Source of the DNA: Candidatus Blackburnbacteria bacterium
GTDB taxonomy: Bacteria; Patescibacteriota; Microgenomatia; UBA8517; UBA10165
DNA: 48,701 nucleotides
Assembly (NCBI GenBank): GCA_016183565.1
Contig: JACPEJ010000003.1
Coordinates: 1 to 48,701, forward strand
Direction: 5' to 3'
Shown here: positions 37,219-45,348 of the stretch, one piece after another
How the letters are laid out: each line of letters starts with the position of its first letter
How positions within the stretch are numbered: position 1 is the first letter of the stretch
The notes under the pieces: model-generated
Seen by the model: only the letters and a program-made list of their open reading frames with translations
Told to the model about the DNA's origin: nothing
Database searches by the model: none
Translations under genes and position numbers: made by a program

Positions 37219-38259
37219 CAATCTGTTGCTTTTTCTGACCCCACTTAAAGTAGGGCGTCTTGATATTTCTATCAAGATCTGCATGTCGCCATGCAGTTCA
37301 GACTATATTATCTCCGAATTTACTTCAGAGCTTAGCGTGTAGTCGTTGAGGCTCCGAATAAGTTTCTCCAATCTCTCCCTCATTTTGGACAATCGGGAAG
37401 GATACTGATTCATAAAAATCTTTGCAACCCTAAGAACTTCTTTCTTACTACCAACTTCCCAATGGAATAAACCATCATCGCTGCGCTTATGAATATAACC
37501 GCAACCGAGAAAGCTTTTCGCCAACTCGATAATCTTGCGATCTTTCATTGCTACAGCAAAGAACGGTTGTTGGTATAAACCAGATTTCTTTAGGCCACAT
37601 GAACCTTCGGCATCCATGATCCCAGATAAGAAAAAGCCAGTTGCATCGCTATTGTGGCGATTTACCGAGCCTTCTATCTCAAAACCATAGAGTTTAAGAT
37701 TCTTAAGACCCTTACGACATTTTTCTATTACTTCAATCTTGTCTTGAACTTTTGAGTACTTACCGATTGACGGTAAGACTTTTCCTAAAAATTCAAGCTT
37801 CTTGATTGCTATATCTCCCGCAAGAACCGGATAATCTCGAAAAAAGTTGAGAACAAATTCAACTTTTCTTCTACCTCTAAACTTGAGGTTATATCCTCCC
37901 TTAATTGGGCTGATGATTCCTTGTTCTGAAGCAATTACCCGATTAACTTCTTCCAGAAGAAATCGGTCTGCGTTGGAAACAGTTAAATCAGGAGTAAAGT
38001 AAAAACCTTTTCCTTTTTTATGAGTAGCCCGAATTATCGAACAACTCAATTCTCCAACACAAAAACCTGTGTAATAGAACTTACTAAACTCATTCGTTGC
38101 CTGCTGATTATCTGCACTTGAAGCATTGTCAGTTGAAGATGTTGGCATTAATTCCAGTATTAACCGAAATTAACCCAAAGTCAACAACTAGCTCAAGATA
38201 CTCAGACGTTCCAGCATATAGCCAAGTTTTCCCAACATATGGTTGTTGGGTCCCCTTAG
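37219..38259 (-). mobile_element. ORF-bearing intron after the U1943 equivalent (probable group I, class unassigned)
   Basis: The 5' exon ends in U, the intron ends in G (..CAGAUUG), and a GGGGA guide can pair with UUCCU. It lacks the core motifs shared by the other four introns. About 190 nt is non-coding. Confidence 0.6.
37303..38148 (-). CDS. double-motif LAGLIDADG homing endonuclease
   Basis: 281 aa. Motifs YTGFCVGELSCS and FFLSGIMDAEGSCG. Confidence 0.85.
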   Translation of the reverse strand: MPTSSTDNASSADNQQATNEFSKFYYTGFCVGELSCSIIRATHKKGKGFYFTPDLTVSNADRFLLEEVNRVIASEQGIISPIKGGYNLKFRGRRKVEFVLNFFRDYPVLAGDIAIKKLEFLGKVLPSIGKYSKVQDKIEVIEKCRKGLKNLKLYGFEIEGSVNRHNSDATGFFLSGIMDAEGSCGLKKSGLYQQPFFAVAMKDRKIIELAKSFLGCGYIHKRSDDGLFHWEVGSKKEVLRVAKIFMNQYPSRLSKMRERLEKLIRSLNDYTLSSEVNSEII

Positions 38260-38464
38260 AGGAACTTCGCTACCGTAGAACAGTTATAGTTACTGCTGCC
38301 GTTTACCGGAGCTTCATTTCTCAGCAACCGAGGCTTGCGCCCCGCCACCGATCCACTTGACTTACCGGCACTGGGCAGGCGTCAGCCCCTATACTTTGCT
38401 TTTCAGCTTTGCAGGGACCTGTGTTTTTGATAAACAGTCGGTTGGCAATCTTTAGCTGCGGCCC

Positions 38465-38580
38465 ACTCGCGCACAGCGCAAAAATTTCTAATTTGAAATT
38501 TAAAATTTGAAATGAATTTTTATTGAGATTTCATTAAAAATTGAAAATTAAAAATTAAAAATTCTTGTGCTATGCACAAG
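38465..38580 (-). repeat. hairpin-bounded rRNA mini-insertion, copy E6 (AT-rich core type B)
   Basis: The low-coordinate hairpin is degenerate (actcgcgcacagcgc). The other is cttgtgc-tat-gcacaag at 38564-38580. The core aatttctaatttgaaatttaaaatttgaaatg... is nearly identical to copy E5. Confidence 0.75.
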
Positions 38581-39134
38581 CGGGCAGGACATCTTGAAAA
38601 ACTTACGTCCAGCTTTTTTGCCGAATTCCTTAAACCTCTTTCTCTCGCTCGCCTTAGTCTTCTCGACCAGCCCACCTGTGTCGGATATCGGTACGGCTTG
38701 CCTTGTGTCTTGCTGCGAACCTTTTCTTGTAAGTTGAAAGCGCTTAGATTGCATCCCTTGCGGAACGCTTTGTATCACTGCTTGGTTAAACATCCTAACG
38801 GATTTTCCAATCAGAACTACTTAACAGCTTACACCCACCATGTTCATGGGTGGGCCTAAGACTTCCAACTCAGTCAGTCCCCAGCTATAACGACTCAAAA
38901 CAAGTAGACGAATATTAACGTCTTGTCCATCCCCTACTCCCCCGATTAAATCGGGGGGCTTAGGTTAGGCACCGACTAACCCGTCGACGACGAACGTAGC
39001 GACGGAAACCTTGGGCATACGGCGGTCCGAATTTTCATCGGACTGTACGTTACTCATACCGGCATTCTCACTACTGTACGCTCCACCCTACCTTCCAGTA
39101 GAGCTTCAATGCATACAGCACGCTCCCCTACCAT

Positions 39135-39286
39135 ACTCGCCCTCCGGGCGAGTCAGCTATAAAGCTATTGAGCTATTAGGCTATAAAAGATTTTCTTCGA
39201 AAATCTCTTCAACTTTCGTATAAAGTAAAAAGCTTCATAGCTTCATTGCGTCATTGCTTCATCGCTAACTTGTCCGAAGGACAAGT
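39135..39286 (-). repeat. hairpin-bounded rRNA mini-insertion, copy E2 (core type A, helix 45 equivalent)
   Basis: actcgccc-tcc-gggcgagt at 39135-39153 and acttgtcc-gaa-ggacaagt at 39268-39286. Confidence 0.8.
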
Positions 39287-39341
39287 ATCTCTAGTTTCGG
39301 CGCTTGGCTTAATCCTCGATAAATCTTCGGCGCTACCATCC

Positions 39342-39463
39342 ACTCGCCCTCCGGGCGAGTCAGCTATAAAGCTATTGAGCTATTAGGCTATAAAAGATTT
39401 TCTTCGAAAATCTCTTCAACTTTCGTATAAAGTAAAAAGCTTCATAGCTTCATTGCGTCATTG
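39342..39463 (-). repeat. truncated copy E3, 122 nt identical to E2
   Basis: 39342-39463 equals 39135-39256 base for base by my reading. It lacks the last 30 nt, including the acttgtcc hairpin. Confidence 0.8.
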
Positions 39464-39497
<34 letters not shown>

Positions 39498-40014
39498 GTG
39501 TCTTTGGACGGCAACTTCCTTTGCAACTTAGCCAAGATCTTAGAGGCCTTAACTGAGAGTCTGGGTTGTTTCCCTTTCGTCACACCAGCTTAGCCCGGCA
39601 TGACTGTTTCCCTTAATTTTCCACAGTTGTATTCGGAGTTTGGTTGAGATATCTTAAGTTACCTCTTGATACCCCATCCAGTGCTCTACCCCAACTGAGT
39701 TTTTTTAAAAGACGGTCCCTATAGACCTTTCGGGGAGAACCAGCTATCTCCAGGTTCGTTTGGCATTTTACCGCTAACCACAAGTCATCCGAGCACATTG
39801 CAACGTACACCGGTTCGGGCCTCCTCGCGGCATTTCTGCCGGATTCACCCTGCTCATAGTTAGATCACCTGGTTTCGGGTCTGCCCCCACGCGCATTTCC
39901 GCCGATTGGCGGATCGGGCTATTCACCCTCGCTTTCACTATGCCTTCACCACGGAGTGGCTTAGACTGCGCATGACGACAACTCGCCGGTTCATTCTTCA
40001 ATAGGCACGGTATC

Positions 40015-40129
40015 ACTCGCCCTCCGGGCGAGTCAGCTATAAAGCTATTAAGCTGTTAGGCTATGAAGTAAAAGGCTTCATAGCTCCATTGCATCATTGC
40101 TTCATCGCTAACTTGTCCGAAGGACAAGC
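40015..40129 (-). repeat. hairpin-bounded rRNA mini-insertion, copy E4 (core type A, helix 25 equivalent)
   Basis: actcgccc-tcc-gggcgagt at 40015-40033 and acttgtcc-gaa-ggacaagc at 40111-40129. Confidence 0.8.
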
Positions 40130-40413
40130 TTTACCGGTTTGTTCGCAAACAGTTTCAGGTTCTATTTCACTGGGCGTCCCGCCCATCTTTTCACCTTTCC
40201 CTCGCGGTACTAGTTCACTATCGGTCACAAGTTGTATTTAGCCTTACCCAGTGGTCTGGGTAGATTCCCACAAGATTTCTCGTGTCCCGTGGTACTCAGG
40301 AACATCCTAGAGTCCCGTTAGATTTTGTATACAAGACTTTCACTTTCTTTGGTCGACAATTCCATGTCATTCTACTATCTAACGAAATCCCACATTGGAG
40401 TCCTACAACCCCC

Positions 40414-40529
40414 ACTCGCGCGCTGCGCGAGAATTTCTAATTTGAAATTTAAAATTTGAAATGAATTTTTATTGAGATTTCATTAAAAATTGAAAATTAA
40501 AAATTTAAAATTCTTGTGCAACGCACAAG
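40414..40529 (-). repeat. hairpin-bounded rRNA mini-insertion, copy E5 (AT-rich core type B)
   Basis: actcgcgc-gct-gcgcgag at 40414-40431 and cttgtgc-aac-gcacaag at 40513-40529. Confidence 0.8.
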
Positions 40530-40573
40530 CAGGTTTGGGCTTTTCCGCTTTCGCTCGCCGCTACTAACGGAAT

Positions 40574-40612
40574 ACCTGCCCGCAATGCTACGCATAGCGT
40601 TGCAGGCGGGCT
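40574..40612 (-). repeat. ~39-nt GC hairpin insertion in 23S domain I
   Basis: Extra gcccgcaatgc..gcgttgcaggcgggc between the equivalents of ...ACCGAAGU and AUUCCGUUAGUAGCGGCGAGCG. The CCCGCC..GGCGGG theme resembles the palindrome at 44424-44461. Confidence 0.55.
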
Positions 40613-40902
40613 ACTTCGGTATCTTTTCCTCTGGGTACTTAGATGTTTCAGTTCCCCAGGTGCCCCCTGCTGCGGCTATATTCCGATAAATCGAAAATTT
40701 TACCACAGAGTCTCCGACGATGAAGTCGGAGGGGTTTCCCCATTCGGAAACCATCGGATAAATGGATGTTGGCTCCTACCCGATGAGTATCGCCGCCAAC
40801 TGCGTCCTTCTTCGGCAACTTGCACCAAGGCATTCACTGTTTGCGTTCTTTAGGACAATACAAAAACCCTTGCCACGTTCATGTAAACTGAACGTGGCCT
40901 AA

Positions 40903-40929
40903 ATGAGCAAAGCGACAAGAAAATTTGTG
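40903..40929 (-). promoter_or_regulatory. 5' strand of the pre-23S processing stem
   Basis: Complementary to 34944-34970 at 26 of 27 positions. Confidence 0.7.
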
Positions 40930-41069
40930 TTCAAATCTCTTATCACTTTGTTTAAAATTTCAATTGTTAAAGTGCCCTTCGACTTCGCCAAGTCAGACTT
41001 GGCTTCGCTCAGGGTAAACTGACCCTGCAAAGTATGGCTTGCACTGAGCAAGCGAAGCGTGCCGAAGTG

Positions 41070-41142
41070 TGGACCCGGGCGGGATCGAACCGCCTACCTC
41101 CTCATTGCAAATGAGGTGTTCAACCAACTAAACTTCGGGCCC
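41070..41142 (-). tRNA. tRNA-Ala (UGC)
   Basis: Minus-strand cloverleaf. Acceptor GGGCCCG/CGGGTCC with G3-U70, anticodon loop TTTGCAA, T arm GGCGG-TTCGATC-CCGCC. No CCA is encoded. Confidence 0.9.
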
Positions 41143-41318
41143 GTAAAAACTGAAAAAGCTGGCAAGAGCCAGCTTTCTTATGAGAAGTTGTACAAATCAA
41201 CGGACTATACTTTGAGGCAGTATGTCCCTGACGGGATGTTTGAAAAGAGTCGGGAACTTCTCATTAATTATGCTGCTTCTTGCGCTTTAGTGTATTTTAA
41301 TCTCAATTGAGCTTGCTG

Positions 41319-42023
41319 TCAATGGGAAAGATGAATTCTCCATTTCTGTGGAATTATACAACTCTGCTCGAACATTTTTTGAACGGAACTGACCGCCTCC
41401 GCTTCCCGCCTGCGCCGAGGCTTCGGCGGGCAGGCGCTCCGGCGGAACGCTCGGGCGCGGCGGAATTCTGCTTCTAAAATAACTGGCAATTCTTTCACTC
41501 CATCACTTCCGCTAAAGTGTCCTTTAGCGTGTTCAATCGCCGTTTTCGCGCCAAGCCGTTCCTCAAAAAGTTTTTTGTTTTCTTGCGGCACAACCTCATC
41601 GTCATCGGAAAATACCGCAAAAAACTTTTTGGTATGTTGCTTCACTTTAGCAAACTCAATCGGCGTTTCCAACCACGACTTGGCAATTTCTTTTTCCTCA
41701 TCGGTTTTCAAGTTCATTAAAGTGAACCAACCGGCGACAAAAGTCGCACCTCCAACTTTTTTGTCGGCGGGCAGACTTTCCAAAAAACGGAGAATGGTTT
41801 GGCAACCGATACTGTGTCCGACAAAGTAAGTATTCTTATCAACATCGCCGACAATTTTGGAAAAGTGCGAAACCCACGCTTCAATTTTCGGCTCCTCCGA
41901 TTCCGGCATAGCCGGAACATGAACTTGAAAACCATTTTTCTCAAGCTCTGTTTTTAGCCACGGAAACCAGCCCTCATCAGGGTAGCCGTCCCAGCCGTGA
42001 ATTATGAAAGCTCGTTTAGTCAT
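41319..42023 (-). CDS. alpha/beta hydrolase (YdeN/RBBP9-like serine hydrolase) with an aberrant C-terminal extension
   Basis: The ATG at 42023 gives MTKRAFIIHGWDGYP. Nucleophile elbow GHSIG. The last ~45 codons (EFRRARAFRRSACPPKPRRRRE...) are read through a GC-rich palindromic element. Confidence 0.75.
   Translation of the reverse strand: MTKRAFIIHGWDGYPDEGWFPWLKTELEKNGFQVHVPAMPESEEPKIEAWVSHFSKIVGDVDKNTYFVGHSIGCQTILRFLESLPADKKVGGATFVAGWFTLMNLKTDEEKEIAKSWLETPIEFAKVKQHTKKFFAVFSDDDEVVPQENKKLFEERLGAKTAIEHAKGHFSGSDGVKELPVILEAEFRRARAFRRSACPPKPRRRREAEAVSSVQKMFEQSCIIPQKWRIHLSH
41385..41475. repeat. GC-rich palindromic element inside the hydrolase 3' end
   Basis: gcctgc[gccga-ggct-tcggc]gg-gcaggc hairpin. 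The 20-mer at 41449-41468 is the exact inverted copy of 2516-2535. Confidence 0.6.
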
Positions 42024-42027
42024 AAAG

Positions 42028-42360
42028 TTATGGTTCGTCCACATATTCGAGAAAAAGTTTTCTCTCGAAACCACCTCGTTCTATTTTCTTTTTCTCTTTT
42101 TGTTTTTCAACCTCAACAATCGTCGTGTTGTTGTTTAGTGCGATTGACTCCAACAACTGAAGAACATCTGATAACTCATTCAAAATTTCCTCGTCAGTTT
42201 TTGCTTCCAGTAATTCTTTTGCTTCCTCAACCAGCTTTTCTTTTAAGGCAATTTTGAATTGATCGTCATTCAATTCTGAAACTTTTGGGACAGCATTATT
42301 CTTTTTGATAATCTCTGGAATTCTATCCCTTATTAGCTTGTTATAAGTTTTCCGGTTCAT
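42028..42360 (-). CDS. MazG-like nucleoside triphosphate pyrophosphohydrolase
   Basis: 110 aa. YNKLIRDRIPEII and the KLVEEAKELLEA/ELSDVLQLLE helices are typical of small MazG-type enzymes. Confidence 0.7.
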   Translation of the reverse strand: MNRKTYNKLIRDRIPEIIKKNNAVPKVSELNDDQFKIALKEKLVEEAKELLEAKTDEEILNELSDVLQLLESIALNNNTTIVEVEKQKEKKKIERGGFERKLFLEYVDEP

Positions 42361-42540
42361 GTTATTTCAAAACTTGGTAATGAAGTTGAATTTCGTTATC
42401 AGTATCAGTTATTTTCTTTTGACCCAAAAGTTTCAACGCTTCTTTTGGCGAGTGAGCAATTAGGTGATTTGGTCCCAAAGTTTGATATTGGTGGACTCTC
42501 TACGAACAAATTCGGACTGATTTCAAAATACGAACGTCGT

Positions 42541-42610
42541 AGCTCCGGCCCCGCTTCGCGTGGCCTCCGCTTTTTTGCGCGCGCGATTTTTTGCTCGGCT
42601 GAGGCCGAGC
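42541..42610. repeat. GC-rich element
   Basis: A GC spike between AT-rich genes containing the hairpin ttgctcggc-tga-ggccgagcaa. The 85-aa ORF across it is judged spurious. Confidence 0.45.
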
Positions 42611-42618
42611 AATAAACA

Positions 42619-43365
42619 TCAAATTCTTGAATTCTTAAGTGTCGATAAGATTGTCTCAACAAGAATATTATTTTGTTCTGTTGAGGAATTAATTATATAA
42701 AAATAATCCTTTTGATTTGGAAAAACATAATCCTTGGGATCAATAGCAAGAAAATAATATTTATGAGTCCCAAGACCTCTTGATTTGTATGTAAACCCTG
42801 AGTAACTACCTATAGAAATTGGTTTTGTTGTTTCTAGCACATCTCCAACTTCTTTTGAATTTGCAACTTCCTTTTCAACAACCTGCTCCAAAGTTTGAGT
42901 TGTGGGATACTGGACTCTTTTTATTCTAAACTCAAGTCCTTCTATTTCTTTAATTTTATATTTATCAAGATTTGATTCATCAAACATTATAAAATGTGCA
43001 TAGTTATCACTCGTTTCACCATATGTAATATTTTTAGGGTGTTTTACTGTAAAACCGTCAGCTCGTGATCCTGATTCGATCCAGTCACTTGTATCAATTA
43101 GGTTTTGTTCTTGAGAAAGCGGGGTGGTAGATGGTATTGTAGATGGCAGAACTGTATCATTATTCAATGGCTTTTGTCCGGAAAGATTACTGTTCTGCTT
43201 TCCTAAGAAATAACCACCAACGCCAAAAACTAGTGAGCAAAGAACGGAAACTACAATAATTGCAGTAAGATTAGTTTTTGGCTTATCTGGAACAGTTGGT
43301 TGAGCAACTGGATTTTGGCCGACTGGTTGGGTATTTTGATTACCCACATTAATTTTATTTTCCAT
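42619..43365 (-). CDS. membrane-anchored hypothetical protein
   Basis: ATG at 43365 follows a GGAGA RBS. One TM segment (LTAIIVVSVLCSLVFGVGGYFLG) followed by an ectodomain. Confidence 0.55.
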   Translation of the reverse strand: MENKINVGNQNTQPVGQNPVAQPTVPDKPKTNLTAIIVVSVLCSLVFGVGGYFLGKQNSNLSGQKPLNNDTVLPSTIPSTTPLSQEQNLIDTSDWIESGSRADGFTVKHPKNITYGETSDNYAHFIMFDESNLDKYKIKEIEGLEFRIKRVQYPTTQTLEQVVEKEVANSKEVGDVLETTKPISIGSYSGFTYKSRGLGTHKYYFLAIDPKDYVFPNQKDYFYIINSSTEQNNILVETILSTLKNSRI

Positions 43366-43420
43366 ATTTATCTCCAAGAAAAAGTATATCATTTTCTTTT
43401 AAAAGTTGGTATATTGGAAT

Positions 43421-43504
43421 TGTAACCAACTTAATCGATTGCTTTTTTTGATGGCCGCATTGGACAGCTTGAGCAATCGAGTTGGTTACAACCAGTGCGG
43501 CCAT
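43421..43504 (+). ncRNA. interleaved inverted repeats (two mutually exclusive helices)
   Basis: A 43421-43442 pairs with A' 43473-43490 (18 bp plus a 4-nt bulge). B 43451-43463 pairs with B' 43492-43504 (13 bp, including one G-U valid only on the + strand). The order is A-B-A'-B'. Confidence 0.4.
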
Positions 43505-43594
43505 TTAAGTTTTTAGAACATTAATAATTTTTGCATTTTTCTTTTCCGCCAAGGGCGGTGTCCGAGCCGACTTTTTCGGAGGCCGAAGGCCATC

Positions 43595-43623
43595 TTGACA
43601 ATGTCTTATAATTGAGTCATAAT
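43595..43623 (+). promoter_or_regulatory. sigma70-like promoter of the phd-relE pair
   Basis: TTGACA (43595-43600), 17-nt spacer, CATAAT (43618-43623). The ATG at 43632 is only 8 nt downstream of the -10 element. Confidence 0.45.
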
Positions 43624-43631
43624 TATGATGT

Positions 43632-43910
43632 ATGAATCTACCCATTATTCCAACCATCAAATCGGTAACTGATCTTAGATATCAAACCGCAGATATTATA
43701 AAGCTTTTAGAGCAAAACCAGCCCGTAGTAGTGACAAGAGATAATGACACTATCGCAGTTATACTTTCTCCCACCCAATATCAACAAATTATTCACCTTT
43801 TTGAAGAACTAGAAGAAGAAAAAGCAGTACAAAGATTGGAGAAGGCAATTAAAAAAGGAGGAAAGTTTATTGATTTTGACTTATTTGACAACAAACAACG
43901 TAAAAAGTAA
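43632..43910 (+). CDS. Phd/YefM family antitoxin
   Basis: 92 aa. SVTDLRYQTADIIKLLEQNQPVVVTRDNDTIAVILS is the typical Phd/YefM N-terminus. Confidence 0.8.
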   Translation: MNLPIIPTIKSVTDLRYQTADIIKLLEQNQPVVVTRDNDTIAVILSPTQYQQIIHLFEELEEEKAVQRLEKAIKKGGKFIDFDLFDNKQRKK

Positions 43911-43922
43911 AAGGTTGCCTAA

Positions 43923-44183
43923 ATGTACAAGATCTTCATCGAAAAGAAGGCGGCAAAATTTCTCTCCAAGTTAGACTCAAAAACTTACCGAATAGTCTCA
44001 AATGCCATCAAGAAACTCTCCCACTTTCATGAAACAAAAAATTTAGACATAAAACCTCTTAAGGGAAAATTTGAAAATATGCTAAGACTTAGAGTTGGAT
44101 CAAGAAGGGTTCTTTTCACCGTTAATGAACTGAAAAAAGAAATTAAGATTTGGATTATAGAAAACCGAGGAGATATTTATTGA
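43923..44183 (+). CDS. RelE/ParE family toxin
   Basis: 86 aa. KKAAKFLSKLD and LRLRVGSRRVLFTV..I.IWIIENRGDIY patterns. Confidence 0.8.
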   Translation: MYKIFIEKKAAKFLSKLDSKTYRIVSNAIKKLSHFHETKNLDIKPLKGKFENMLRLRVGSRRVLFTVNELKKEIKIWIIENRGDIY

Positions 44184-44230
44184 AAAATGTGGCGAGCGCC
44201 ATTCCCGACTCGCAGAATTCTCCATTTCTG

Positions 44231-44302
44231 TGGGTGCGCATGGAATCGAACCATGTACTTCTAAATTATCAGTTTAGCGTTCTGCCAGTGAACTACGCAC
44301 CC
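44231..44302 (-). tRNA. tRNA-Ile (GAU)
   Basis: Minus-strand cloverleaf. Acceptor GGGTGCG/CGCACCC, anticodon loop CTGATAA, T arm CATGG-TTCGATT-CCATG. No CCA is encoded. Confidence 0.9.
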
Positions 44303-44423
44303 AAATCTTGTAAAAGTATATCACAAAAAGTGTATCACAAATTGAGGCTGTGGGTATACAAAAAACCCATCTAGTAGTAGGTGGGTTTAGTGTCTTGATC
44401 TTCCCAATCTTAGCACTTGGCTT

Positions 44424-44461
44424 TCCCGCCCGCAGCGCTTAAGCGCAGCTTTGGCGGGCGG
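44424..44461. repeat. GC palindrome in the 16S/tRNA-Ile spacer
   Basis: cccgcccgc ... gcgggcggg flanking the internal palindrome gcgcttaagcgc. Confidence 0.6.
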
Positions 44462-44599
44462 GTCAGTATTATTCATACACGCCTCGTGCTGCGATTTTGG
44501 GAGGATTTCGGACTATTTTAAAATTTTTTTAAAAGTCCTCAACAATCAAAACGTGACTGGAAACTTATGATTCCGTTAGATTATCGAGCAACGGTTTTC

Positions 44600-44700
44600 G
44601 TATAGCTCGGGGTAATAGTTAGGCCATAAAGCTATTAAGCTATGAGGCTATCAAGCTTAATTGCTCAATAGCTCTATTGCTTCATAGCCTACGGCCTTGC
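44600..44700 (-). repeat. core-only relative of the type A mini-insertion, in the spacer just 3' of 16S
   Basis: ccataaagctattaagctatgaggctat...atagctctattgcttcatagcc resembles the type A core. The terminal hairpins are absent. Confidence 0.5.
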
Positions 44701-44784
44701 CGTATATACTCCTTAGAAAGGAGGTGATCCATCCGCACCTTCCAGTACGGATACCTTGTTACGACTTAGTCCTCATCGCTGAGT

Positions 44785-45348
44785 TCACCTTAGGACCCAC
44801 TTAATTGCGGGTACTTCGGGTGCCCCCAACTTTGCTGGCTTGACGGATTGCACTTTACTTGAGGTTGTAGTGCGTTCCCACCCGACGAGCGGATTTCCCG
44901 CACCGGGCGAGCCGAAATGTTTTTGAAGCTCGTTATGAAGTGTATTCATTGTGAGCTTTAACTGCCAAACTTTATTTAATTCCTCTTTTGTAAGCTTGCG
45001 TATATCTTGCCGACCACGAACGATCTGAGCAACACGAGCAAACCTTTCAAAAGATTCCCTTTTGACACCTTGTAAGTGGTGTTTTTGGAAAAATGGAACT
45101 ATTGAGCCGTAGATCTCGGCTTGTCGAGTTACCTCATAAACGAAGGTTGTTTTGTGCTTGTCGTTGCCTTGAAATTTTCTATATACATAACCAACTTTAA
45201 AAAATTCAAAAACTTTATCTAAAAGTTCCTTATTATCAAAGCGTTGCGTAATAAAATATCTTAAGACGATTCGACAATCTGGCCTTATTTGAACCAGAAA
45301 ACATCCCTCGCCATCAGTTAACCCAACAATATAGTCTGCAGTTAGCAT
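44785..45348 (-). CDS. single-motif LAGLIDADG homing endonuclease
   Basis: 187 aa. DYIVGLTDGEGCF motif. The last ~20 codons run past the insertion boundary (44846) into the helix 44 exon. Confidence 0.8.
   Translation of the reverse strand: MLTADYIVGLTDGEGCFLVQIRPDCRIVLRYFITQRFDNKELLDKVFEFFKVGYVYRKFQGNDKHKTTFVYEVTRQAEIYGSIVPFFQKHHLQGVKRESFERFARVAQIVRGRQDIRKLTKEELNKVWQLKLTMNTLHNELQKHFGSPGAGNPLVGWERTTTSSKVQSVKPAKLGAPEVPAIKWVLR

Noticed and set aside
41059-44374. ORFs 41059-41310, 42405-42662 and 44150-44374.
   Set aside because: They overlap tRNA-Ala, a GC-rich repeat and tRNA-Ile respectively, and have no protein-like features.
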